Shown piece by piece: positions 1 to 7,895 of a stretch of 27,733 nt of DNA; the stretch's first letter is position 1, and each line of letters starts with the position of its first letter. The notes below the pieces were generated by a model. That model was not told the origin of the DNA, searched no databases, and saw nothing but the letters and a program-made list of their open reading frames with translations. The DNA is from an uncultured Candidatus Saccharibacteria bacterium. GTDB taxonomy: Bacteria > Patescibacteriota > Minisyncoccia > Phycocordibacterales > UBA12088. A program made the translations under genes and the position numbers. The stretch spans positions 1,211 through 28,943 of the forward strand of contig CAYWWH010000003.1 of assembly GCA_964462155.1 (NCBI GenBank). The letters are read 5' to 3'.

Positions 1-239
1 TGTCGTGTAAAATGCTTCTTCAGTGTCTCATCAAGTGCTTTTTGAAAACGCATTGCATGCTTTGGAGAAAGTACAATTTCACTCAAAAGAGTTCCTGTTC
101 CCTCTTGTGGGCGTATGTACGCAAACTGCACCGTCACTTCTTCATCAGTCACATTTATCTTTGCACTGTTTGCAAAAACAGGTTTCAAATCCTGTGGCAT
201 TTGAATTTTAATTTCCTTCTGTTGTTTATTTTCTTCCAT
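1..239 (-). CDS. DUF3467-like hypothetical protein (3' end runs off the window; absent from ORF track)
   Basis: Manual translation from ATG at 239: MEENKQQKEIKIQMPQDLKPVFANSAKINVTDEEVTVQFAYIRPQEGTGTLLSEIVLSPKHAMRFQKALDETLKKHFTR..., open to the edge. The FAN...EEV.VQF...IVLSPKHA.RF..AL pattern matches my recollection of DUF3467. It starts 17 nt after the M23 gene stop. Confidence 0.72.
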   Translation of the reverse strand, partial: MEENKQQKEIKIQMPQDLKPVFANSAKINVTDEEVTVQFAYIRPQEGTGTLLSEIVLSPKHAMRFQKALDETLKKHFTR

Positions 240-256
240 AGTTATAGTTGTTTGAT

Positions 257-1609
257 TTATAAATAATTTAAAGGATTGAGATACGCTTCAAACCCAGCAA
301 CCGGAATAGAAACTGGCGAACATGCGGTAACCGCTCGCCCTGGTATATCCCCAAGCTTTTGTACTTTTACTCCGTCAGAAGCAAATACCGAGAAGTGGAG
401 ATGTGGCCCTGTCGAGTATCCCGTATTGCCACTATTACCTATGAGTTGCCCTGTACTTACCGCCTGTCCAGTAGAAACACTTATTGAAGAGAGGTGGGCG
501 TAAAGTGTTGAGAGACCATTTCCATGCCGTATAAGAACCCACTGCCCATAGCTATAACACCCGCTTGCAAGATCCGTATTTCCTGTACCAACAACAGTTC
601 CAGCTAGAGATGCAACAATCGGTGTACCGACAGGAGCTCTGAAATCGACTCCGTTATGACCGTTACCGTTGTACGCACCGGACTGAGCAAACGCGGTATT
701 GCCGAAGTACTGTGTAATACAACTCGAGTTACCAAGTGCTGATACGAAGTTTGGACAATCAGCCATATAGAGCGCACTAAACGGCCACTTCAAAACACCT
801 GATCCAGCAGTAGGAATAGTTGTTGGATCAAGAATGAACTTGAGTTTTGCTTCATAGTCATACATCTCCTTTTGATACTGCTCATACGCCGCTTTCTTTT
901 CAGCAAGTAACCGTTGGTAACTTGCCTCTTCGTTTTTAGTTTCTTTAAGGAGCGCATCTTTCTGACCCTTGGTATGAGCGAGTGAATTCTCCTCACCTGA
1001 AAGTTCGTCTTTCAGTTTTCCAAGGACACCTCGTTTTTCAAGTGATGTTTTTTTTGCTCGTTCATACTCTTCTTTTAAAGCACGGAGGGCTTTTGTCGAG
1101 TCCCGCAGTGACTCCTGTAAGAAATTTTGCTCTTCAAGTTCTTCCCACACATCAGCAATAGACTCATGGGCAAAAATAATTTCAACCATACTCTCGTTTT
1201 CCATTTGGTCTACTGACTGAAAGGACTCTGTTATGGCATCGATATTTTTCTTTATCTCTAACTCTTTTACGTGTATCTCACGATTTAATTCCTCAATCTC
1301 AAGATCAGTTGAAGCTATTTTTTTCTCCGTGGATCGTATCTCTGCCTTTATCTTATCTCGTGAGAGATCAAGTTCACGTATTGCATTCTGCAAGGTCTTT
1401 TTTTCAGCCCCAACTTCATTAAGTTGTGCTTCAAACTTTTTAATCTCTTTTTCGATTTCAGCAAGTTGTGCTTGGCTTTCACTTATCTTTTTTCGTAAAT
1501 CATCTACAGACTCCTGTGCCGTCACCACATGCACCAGCGAGAACACGCATCCGACAACGAGTGTGAGTATGGCAAGAAGTATGTAGTTGTTTTTTAGTGG
1601 GGCTAGCAT
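257..1609 (-). CDS. Secreted coiled-coil + M23 metallopeptidase (PcsB/EnvC-like architecture murein hydrolase)
   Basis: N-terminal signal peptide (..VTA/QES), about 230-aa heptad coiled coil, and a C-terminal M23 domain with intact Zn ligands HNGVD (HxxxD) and GPHLHF (HxH). Confidence 0.9.
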   Translation of the reverse strand: MLAPLKNNYILLAILTLVVGCVFSLVHVVTAQESVDDLRKKISESQAQLAEIEKEIKKFEAQLNEVGAEKKTLQNAIRELDLSRDKIKAEIRSTEKKIASTDLEIEELNREIHVKELEIKKNIDAITESFQSVDQMENESMVEIIFAHESIADVWEELEEQNFLQESLRDSTKALRALKEEYERAKKTSLEKRGVLGKLKDELSGEENSLAHTKGQKDALLKETKNEEASYQRLLAEKKAAYEQYQKEMYDYEAKLKFILDPTTIPTAGSGVLKWPFSALYMADCPNFVSALGNSSCITQYFGNTAFAQSGAYNGNGHNGVDFRAPVGTPIVASLAGTVVGTGNTDLASGCYSYGQWVLIRHGNGLSTLYAHLSSISVSTGQAVSTGQLIGNSGNTGYSTGPHLHFSVFASDGVKVQKLGDIPGRAVTACSPVSIPVAGFEAYLNPLNYL

Positions 1610-1612
1610 GTA

Positions 1613-2968
1613 TTAGGTAAAAAGGTCTATTGCATTTTTAAGCCGAACCACTGTTTCATCTTTTCCGAGCGCTTCAGCTAAGAGAAATGGATCAGGGGAG
1701 CGTTCCTTACCTGAGAGTGCTACACGAAGTGGCCAGAGAACACTACCCCTTCCCTCTTTTTCAGCATACTCAAAGAGAGCATCTTTAATAGCATCATACT
1801 GAAACGTAGTCTCTGGAACCTTCTCCAAGAGCGAAAGAACCTCTTGAAGTCGTCCTTGTGTACGAGACGTGTCTGTATCTTTTTTCCAAAAGAGCATTTC
1901 CTTTTCCATTTCTGGCCTCTTTTCGTAGAAATCAAACTCACCAACGTCGATAGCATCGAAAAAATCTTTCCACGTACTGAAACGTTCCAAAACATCGTCT
2001 CTCGCTCGCTTTGAACGCGAAAGGACAGTGTGGAGCTCTTTTCTCTCTACACACTTCTCTAAGAGCTCTGCTTCAAGTGCTCCTTCAGGAAGTTTCTTTC
2101 GATACTCTTTGTTAAACCACTTTAACCTATCCATGTCAAAGACAGCACCACTTTTCTGCAGGTTTGAAAGGGAGAACTCATGAACAAGCTCATCAACGGA
2201 AAATAGTTCTCTGTCGGTTCCCGGATTCCATCCAAGGAGTGCGAGATAGTTTATTATTGCCTCAGGAAGAAACCCTTGATTTCTATACTCGGTAACAGCA
2301 ACAGCTCCTTTACGCTTACTCATTTTTGACCTATCAGACGCAAGTATCATCGGAAGGTGTGTGTACACAGGTCGTTCAAATCCACACGCTTCTAGTATCA
2401 AAATCTGACGAGGTGTATTTGAGATGTGATCATCGCCACGTATGACATGAGTAATATCCATGAGAGCATCATCAACAACGACGGCGAAGTGGTAAAGCGG
2501 ATCACTCATTGAACGCGCAATAACAAAGTCGCCCAACTCAGTTGTGTCAAAGGTTATCTCTCCACGTATAGTATCTACAAATGTGAGTTTTGTATTCGGG
2601 TTATGGAGACGCACCACCTCAACCTCACGAGTCTCATCATCTTTTGCCTTCTCTTTTGAAACGTACGCTTTATCAGTATCAACGAGTTCTTGCAGTTTTG
2701 TAATGTACACATCGGTTCGCTCTGATTGCCGATAGAGCTCATCGTACTCTAGACCCAACCATTCTAAACCGTCGAGAATATCATCCTCGTACTTTTTCTC
2801 AGTACGTGACTTGTCAGTGTCTTCAATACGCACGATAAATTCACCGCCCATCTTTTTAGCAAAGAGGTAACAAAAGAGTGAAGTACGTGCAGTACCGATA
2901 TGGAGAAAACCACTTGGACTCGGAGCTATGCGTGTACGCACGTTTTTGTTACTTTTTTCCATACTCAT
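1613..2968 (-). CDS. gltX: Glutamate--tRNA ligase
   Basis: VRTRIAPSPSGFLHIGT (HIGH), RIEDTD, HVIRGDDH, KMSKR (KMSKS), LGW, PLRVALSG. Alternative start at 2962. Confidence 0.97.
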   Translation of the reverse strand: MSMEKSNKNVRTRIAPSPSGFLHIGTARTSLFCYLFAKKMGGEFIVRIEDTDKSRTEKKYEDDILDGLEWLGLEYDELYRQSERTDVYITKLQELVDTDKAYVSKEKAKDDETREVEVVRLHNPNTKLTFVDTIRGEITFDTTELGDFVIARSMSDPLYHFAVVVDDALMDITHVIRGDDHISNTPRQILILEACGFERPVYTHLPMILASDRSKMSKRKGAVAVTEYRNQGFLPEAIINYLALLGWNPGTDRELFSVDELVHEFSLSNLQKSGAVFDMDRLKWFNKEYRKKLPEGALEAELLEKCVERKELHTVLSRSKRARDDVLERFSTWKDFFDAIDVGEFDFYEKRPEMEKEMLFWKKDTDTSRTQGRLQEVLSLLEKVPETTFQYDAIKDALFEYAEKEGRGSVLWPLRVALSGKERSPDPFLLAEALGKDETVVRLKNAIDLFT

Positions 2969-4091
2969 GTTCTAACATTATTTTTACCAATTCTTCAGCT
3001 ATTGCATGTGCCGCATCTGGTTTAGCAAAAGACTTCGCTCCTTCAACCATTTTTGCAAGGAGTGCGCTATCACTCATAATCCTCCGCACCTCAGCCACAA
3101 GAACGTGCGGGGTGAAATTGTGCTGTTCTATGACCTGTGTCGCTCCTGTACGGGCGTATGCGTAGGCATTCTTCCTCTGATCACGACTCACCTCCTCTGG
3201 AATAGGTACGAGCACTGAGGGTTTGTTCCAGCACGCAATCTCAAAGATAGACCCTGAACCAGCACGCGAGATGATGAGGTCAGCACACCCAACAGCACTG
3301 CGGAGCTCTGTATCGTTAAGGTATGGAAAAACACGGTACCTGTCTCTCTGTGGATGGTTTTCAAGTTCAACATTTGCAATCTCTTTATGAGAATCAAAGT
3401 TTGCCTTCCCTGTTTGGTGGATAACCTGAAAATCCTCGAGAAGGTCACCGAGAGATTGAAGGAGTGTGTTGTTTATATGTTCAGCGCCCTGAGACCCTCC
3501 TATAACAAGAATTGTCTTAATCGACGGCGATAGTTTAAAGAACTCGTGAGCATCTTTGGTGATAGGTATTTTAACCTGCCTTCGGATTGGGTGACCCACA
3601 CAGGCAATGTTCTTCTTATTACTAAAGTACTCTGCAGCTTCCTGGTAACTTATCGCTATGCGCTTTGCAAACCTTCCCGCTAGGAGATTTGCTCTCCCCG
3701 GTTTTGCGTCTGAGTCGTGAACAAAAACAGGAATGCGTAAAAGCCATGCAGCAAGTACGACAGGTACTGAAGTATAACTCCCCTTAGTAAAAACAACATC
3801 AGGAAAAATGTTGTAAAGGAGACTGAGCGCCGTCGGAAGTCCAACCAACGTCTTTAGAGCATCCGAGCCGTTCTTAAGTGATACATACCTCCTCATCTTC
3901 CCTGCTGATACATGGCGAAACTCGATACCGTTCTGGTAGAGTAGCATTTCATCATAGGGATGATTTGATAAGTAAAACATCTCTGGCTTAACAAGACTAC
4001 GTTTGTCAACGATATCATGTATTTCCTCTGCAACAGCTATAAGAGGGTAAAAATGCCCACCTGAACCTCCGCCTGTAAAAACAATTTTCAT
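2949..4091 (-). CDS. murG: Undecaprenyl-PP-MurNAc-pentapeptide GlcNAc transferase
   Basis: TGGGSGGHFYP, GSYTS, HDSDAKPGRAN, GGSQGA, HQTG, SRAGSGS and DQRKNA motifs. Confidence 0.96.
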   Translation of the reverse strand: MKIVFTGGGSGGHFYPLIAVAEEIHDIVDKRSLVKPEMFYLSNHPYDEMLLYQNGIEFRHVSAGKMRRYVSLKNGSDALKTLVGLPTALSLLYNIFPDVVFTKGSYTSVPVVLAAWLLRIPVFVHDSDAKPGRANLLAGRFAKRIAISYQEAAEYFSNKKNIACVGHPIRRQVKIPITKDAHEFFKLSPSIKTILVIGGSQGAEHINNTLLQSLGDLLEDFQVIHQTGKANFDSHKEIANVELENHPQRDRYRVFPYLNDTELRSAVGCADLIISRAGSGSIFEIACWNKPSVLVPIPEEVSRDQRKNAYAYARTGATQVIEQHNFTPHVLVAEVRRIMSDSALLAKMVEGAKSFAKPDAAHAIAEELVKIMLEHEYGKK

Positions 4092-4099
4092 ACGTTATT

Positions 4100-5221
4100 T
4101 TATACTTTTTTAACTTCTCCTTTCTCAACCGCGTACCGCGATACATTTAAGATTATTCCCACCCCCGCAAGAGCGATAAGAAGTGACGTACCTCCGTGAC
4201 TTATAAATGGCAACGGTTCACCAGTAAGTGGAATAAGTCCAATCATTGACGCTATATTCATACACGCCTGCGTCATTACTAGTATAACAATTCCAACGAC
4301 CGTTAGTCCACCAAATCTGTCAGGAGCTCTAGAAGCAATAAAGAGCCCTCGTATGGTAAAGAGTATAAAAAAGAGAAGAATAGCAACACTCCCCGCAAAG
4401 CCAAACTCTTCAGCTGCAACACTGAATATAGAATCTCCGATTGGTTCAGGAAGGTAGGTAAATTTTTGAACGCTCTGACCATACCCCTTTCCAAACCATC
4501 CACCGGAGCCAACCGCGATGAGTGACTGCTTAAGCTGGTACCCTGCTCCACTTGGATCACTCGTAGGGTCCTTAAACGTCTCAATGCGTTCGAGAAGGTA
4601 CGGTCGTGAAAGAGCAAGGATCACCAACCCAAGAAGTCCAATCACAACAAGAAGTGCGATATGTCTCCACCTTAGACCAGCAACGAAAACTATTGAAAAA
4701 CCTGCAGTTGCCATAATAAGGAACGTTCCCGTATCTGGTTGGAGTAAAAGGACAATGGCACTAAGCAAAAGCGCCCCACTTAATCCCGTAAACGCAAAGA
4801 GTGGTTTATCTATCTTTTTATGAATCATGCTGTAGTACCATGCAAGAAAGAGAACAAAGGCAATCTTTAACACCTCACCAGGTTGCATAGAGAGACCGAA
4901 GATTGAAATCCATCTCTTCGCACCGTTTGCTTCGTACCCAAGCCCTGGGATAAAGACAAAAAGAGTGAGGAGGAGAGCACCTATAAAAATATGTGGGATA
5001 AACGGTCGATACGAACGGTACGGCACTCTTGAGAATATTGAGAGGGCTAAAAAACCTCCGCAAACACCGAAAAAGAACTGTGAGAATGCGACACTTGAAA
5101 AACGAGCCCCTTCTCGTGAGAGAAGGCCGAGTGAAGCAGAACTAAAGATAAAAAAACCTATTCCTACTAGAAGAATAGTGATAATGAGAAAAGGTCGATC
5201 TACATGTTTCAAACTTTTCAT
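4100..5221 (-). CDS. ftsW: SEDS peptidoglycan polymerase FtsW
   Basis: About 10 TM segments; GAKRWI, QPGEVLK, QPDTGT, GYQ, GSGG..GKG, LPEPIGDSIF, PLTGEPLPFISHGGTS. Lies directly upstream of murG. Start trimmed from 5296 to the ATG at 5221 (MKSLKHVD) because the extension overlaps mraY. Confidence 0.9.
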   Translation of the reverse strand: MKSLKHVDRPFLIITILLVGIGFFIFSSASLGLLSREGARFSSVAFSQFFFGVCGGFLALSIFSRVPYRSYRPFIPHIFIGALLLTLFVFIPGLGYEANGAKRWISIFGLSMQPGEVLKIAFVLFLAWYYSMIHKKIDKPLFAFTGLSGALLLSAIVLLLQPDTGTFLIMATAGFSIVFVAGLRWRHIALLVVIGLLGLVILALSRPYLLERIETFKDPTSDPSGAGYQLKQSLIAVGSGGWFGKGYGQSVQKFTYLPEPIGDSIFSVAAEEFGFAGSVAILLFFILFTIRGLFIASRAPDRFGGLTVVGIVILVMTQACMNIASMIGLIPLTGEPLPFISHGGTSLLIALAGVGIILNVSRYAVEKGEVKKV

Positions 5222-5232
5222 AGTAAGAATTT

Positions 5233-6312
5233 CTAGAGTGAACCCGCAAGTGCAACAACGACACCCGTAAATGCAAGTACTGCTGAGAGCACCCAATAAC
5301 GCATAGTAACTTTATACGATGGCCACCCCTTCGCTTCGAAATGGTGGTGAAGCGGAGCAATGAGAAATACTTTTTTATGCCTGAATTTCTTTGAGAGTAC
5401 TTGAATAACAACAGAGAAAACAGTGATGACAAGCGGAAATGCAATGAGGGGTAAGACAGCTACCCCTTTTCCACCTCCAAGTGAGTCAGTCATGAATGCG
5501 GTTATGGTGAGTGCGAGCGTAAGACCCATCGAACCTGTCTCAGTCATATAGAAACGTGCAGGTGGAATATTGAACCAAAGAAATGCAAGAAGCGCTCCCA
5601 CAACAGTTGCACAAAAAGCCGCTAAATCAACTTGGTGCTGTGCAACGGCTAGCATTCCATATGATGCAAAAATGATAGCGAACACGCCTCCAGAAAGACC
5701 GTCTATTCCGTCAATAACTCCTCCTGCGTATATAGCAAGTCCTACGAGCACAAAAAATGGAATGAACCATACTCCAAGGTCTATAACACCGTTAAACGGA
5801 ACAGATACACCAGATATTTCAAGCTTCTCATAAAACCACCACGCAGCGAAAAGATAGAATACACCTGTTATAACAAGACGACGTGCAAGTGAAAGTCCAC
5901 CTGCAAAATTCTTTCCATTTCCTGTTATTTCAAGAAAGTCATCAATAAAACCAACGAAAGCACCAACCAGGAGGGCGAAAAGAGGAAGTAAAGTTTGACT
6001 TCGTGAAAGAAAATCCATTTTTTCAAACGTTGCACCACCAAAAAAATGACCGAGAGACCACAAACCAAGAACAGTGATAAAAACACTTGCCCAAATGACA
6101 ATACCTCCCATGCGTGGAGTGTTCACCTCTTTTTCTTTGTGGAGTTCATTAAAGAGCGGAGTATCACCTCCACCATACCCTGCCTTCTTACCTGAAACCT
6201 TTTTCCAGCATTTATACTTGTACAGGTAGTGCGTCACGATTGGCGTTATTGCAATGCCTACGAAGAACGCTATTGCTGTGGGGCTGATTACTTTTATTAG
6301 GTCTACTGCCAT
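5233..6312 (-). CDS. mraY: Phospho-MurNAc-pentapeptide transferase (divergent active-site motifs)
   Basis: TPRMGG, GFIDD, DGIDGL, FLWFNIPPA, APLHHHFE and WP...V..R.W motifs. Start trimmed to the ATG at 6312, just downstream of a -10 hexamer. Confidence 0.93.
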   Translation of the reverse strand: MAVDLIKVISPTAIAFFVGIAITPIVTHYLYKYKCWKKVSGKKAGYGGGDTPLFNELHKEKEVNTPRMGGIVIWASVFITVLGLWSLGHFFGGATFEKMDFLSRSQTLLPLFALLVGAFVGFIDDFLEITGNGKNFAGGLSLARRLVITGVFYLFAAWWFYEKLEISGVSVPFNGVIDLGVWFIPFFVLVGLAIYAGGVIDGIDGLSGGVFAIIFASYGMLAVAQHQVDLAAFCATVVGALLAFLWFNIPPARFYMTETGSMGLTLALTITAFMTDSLGGGKGVAVLPLIAFPLVITVFSVVIQVLSKKFRHKKVFLIAPLHHHFEAKGWPSYKVTMRYWVLSAVLAFTGVVVALAGSL

Positions 6313-6320
6313 GAACTTAT

Positions 6321-6336
6321 AGTATATCACATTATA
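6321..6336 (-). promoter_or_regulatory. Tandem -10 hexamers (TATAAT; extended TGaTATACT) for the mraY operon
   Basis: Minus strand reads gcgaTATAATgTGaTATACTataagttcATG; the proximal hexamer lies 8 nt from the ATG. Confidence 0.55.
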
Positions 6337-6393
6337 TCGCTCAACAGAGAGACTTTTTAACACTCTCGACTGTTTTTATACTACCTAAATAGC

Positions 6394-6422
6394 TTGACAT
6401 GTAGTGTAAAATGATATATAAT
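6394..6422 (+). promoter_or_regulatory. Perfect consensus sigma70/sigmaA promoter
   Basis: TTGACA (6394-6399), exactly 17 nt, TATAAT (6417-6422). Confidence 0.85.
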
Positions 6423-6461
6423 ACTTATAGGATGGCATTTTCTAGATAACTATAAAAAATT

Positions 6462-6469
6462 GGAGGTGA
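6462..6469 (+). promoter_or_regulatory. Strong Shine-Dalgarno sequence
   Basis: GGAGGTGA; 5 nt separate GGAGG from the ATG at 6472. It is the only clear SD I found in the window. Confidence 0.7.
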
Positions 6470-6471
6470 CC

Positions 6472-6873
6472 ATGAAAAAGTACATTCTTTTTCTCCTCTC
6501 TCTCCTGCTTCTCTTGACTGGGTGCGGTATCACAGTACGTGTCGAACGCACCCAGGCTATCATGAGCAACCTCAATCTCAGAGCAGATGTGATTTCACAA
6601 AAGCTCGAGGGTTTGAGGACTCATGAGCTTGAGTCCATCAAAAGAGTTCTTGACGGGCTCGAGAGAGACAGAATCGAGGGGACGTCCTCTACTGACGTGT
6701 CGGTATATACTGCCAACACGAAAGAAAGGGATGACCAAGAGAAATCGAGAATCCTCAAATCCATAATCCACGGGAAGATGTACGATATTCCCAAAGAAGA
6801 GGAGTTGAGAATTCTCAACGACTTTGTCGATCGTATATGGAGGATGCGATCGGTATCGAAAGGCCGGGCATAG
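6472..6873 (+). CDS. Predicted lipoprotein, unknown function
   Basis: MKKYILFLLSLLLLLTGC is a basic n-region, hydrophobic core and lipobox LTG-C, followed by a helical charged mature domain. Start moved from TTG 6460 to ATG 6472 to match the SD. Confidence 0.75.
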   Translation: MKKYILFLLSLLLLLTGCGITVRVERTQAIMSNLNLRADVISQKLEGLRTHELESIKRVLDGLERDRIEGTSSTDVSVYTANTKERDDQEKSRILKSIIHGKMYDIPKEEELRILNDFVDRIWRMRSVSKGRA

Positions 6874-6890
6874 AAATGTGTCCGGCTTTA
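6861..6890 (+). terminator. Possible weak intrinsic terminator over the lipoprotein stop codon
   Basis: GCCGGGCAT (6863-6871), loop AGAAAT, GTGTCCGGC (6878-6886; two G-U pairs), then only TTTA. Confidence 0.35.
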
Positions 6891-6900
6891 CCTATGTAAC

Positions 6901-6927
6901 ATACCATACTCACTCCTATGGTATACT
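6901..6927 (+). promoter_or_regulatory. Extended -10 promoter of the VanY-like gene, overlapped by an 8-8-8 inverted repeat
   Basis: TGgTATACT at 6919-6927, 8 nt before ATG 6936; ATACCATA (6901-6908) / TATGGTAT (6917-6924). Confidence 0.55.
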
Positions 6928-6935
6928 AGAGGGGT

Positions 6936-7856
6936 ATGAATACAGCTTTCTCAAAATTAAGCATTCTTATTGTAGTAGCGCTTATCCTTTCACTTGGTGG
7001 AGGTGTGTATGCTCTTATAAAAACTCTGAAAGAAATTAGGGATGAAGTGTCAACCGTACGGAGTGAACTTGCCTCAACAACGAACGCACTCTCACTATTC
7101 TCCTCTTCAACAACAAACAGAATATACGAAGCTGAAAAGAAACATACTGAACTTTCTGACCTATTCTACGAAGAACAGACAAAGTACAGCGAATTAAGTG
7201 ATAGCGTACGAAAATTTGATAGACAAGTCGATAAACTCAGTGGAAACGTAGAAACACTTGAGAAGCTCACAACGACAGATCCAGAACTCCTCCAGAAGTA
7301 TTCTCGCGTGTACTTTTTAAACGAACACTATAAACCGGGTGACCTCTCCATTATTCCTGAAGAGTACGACCTCATTGATGGTAAGCAGGTAAGCATACAC
7401 TCCGACGTCCTTCCCTACCTCAAAGACTTACTCAAAGGTGCTAAAGATGATGGTGTAAACATTATGGTACTTTCGGGATATCGCTCATTTGAAGATCAAG
7501 CAATACTTAAAGAAAACTACCTCGTTCGTTACGGACTTGGTGCAAACCAGTTCTCTGCTGATCAAGGGTACTCAGAACATCAGCTGGGAACGTCTGTTGA
7601 CTTTACGACGCAAGTTATTGGTCAGAACCTTTCTCTCTTCGATGGTTCTGACGCATTTCAATGGCTCATAAACAATGCCCACAAGTACGGCTTCGTACTT
7701 TCCTACCCTAAGAATAACGAGTACTACGTCTACGAACCGTGGCACTGGCGTTTCGTCGGTGAAGATTTAGCACGTGATTTAAAGAAAGATGGTAAGTACT
7801 TCTACGACCTTGAGCAGAGAGAAATAGACTCGTACATCCCCACTCTGTTTGATTAA
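6936..7856 (+). CDS. Membrane-anchored coiled-coil M15B D-Ala-D-Ala carboxypeptidase (VanY/LdcB-like)
   Basis: N-terminal TM, coiled coil, then SGYRS, SEHQLG.SVD (SxHxxGxAxD-like Zn motif), YGF.L.YP and YEPWHWRFVG. Confidence 0.9.
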   Translation: MNTAFSKLSILIVVALILSLGGGVYALIKTLKEIRDEVSTVRSELASTTNALSLFSSSTTNRIYEAEKKHTELSDLFYEEQTKYSELSDSVRKFDRQVDKLSGNVETLEKLTTTDPELLQKYSRVYFLNEHYKPGDLSIIPEEYDLIDGKQVSIHSDVLPYLKDLLKGAKDDGVNIMVLSGYRSFEDQAILKENYLVRYGLGANQFSADQGYSEHQLGTSVDFTTQVIGQNLSLFDGSDAFQWLINNAHKYGFVLSYPKNNEYYVYEPWHWRFVGEDLARDLKKDGKYFYDLEQREIDSYIPTLFD

Positions 7857-7895
7857 AATTTCAATACTTTACAACCCCTATACAATACCCCCAGT

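Noticed and set aside
12-266. 84-aa plus-strand ORF
   Set aside because: Antisense shadow of the DUF3467-like gene on the minus strand.
257-1609. Gene symbol envC
   Set aside because: EnvC has a degenerate M23 site, whereas this protein keeps HxxxD and HxH.
1960-2010. Calling GluRS discriminating from the Arg in ERFST
   Set aside because: Arg at this position fits discriminating enzymes but also occurs in non-discriminating ones; needs glnS/gatCAB status.
6936-7856. Vancomycin-resistance locus (vanY)
   Set aside because: No vanHAX or vanRS; M15B carboxypeptidases are common housekeeping enzymes.
7857-7895. Terminator between the convergent VanY-like and ZIP genes
   Set aside because: C-rich short repeats (ACAACCCC/ACAATACCCCC) but no stem followed by a U-tract.
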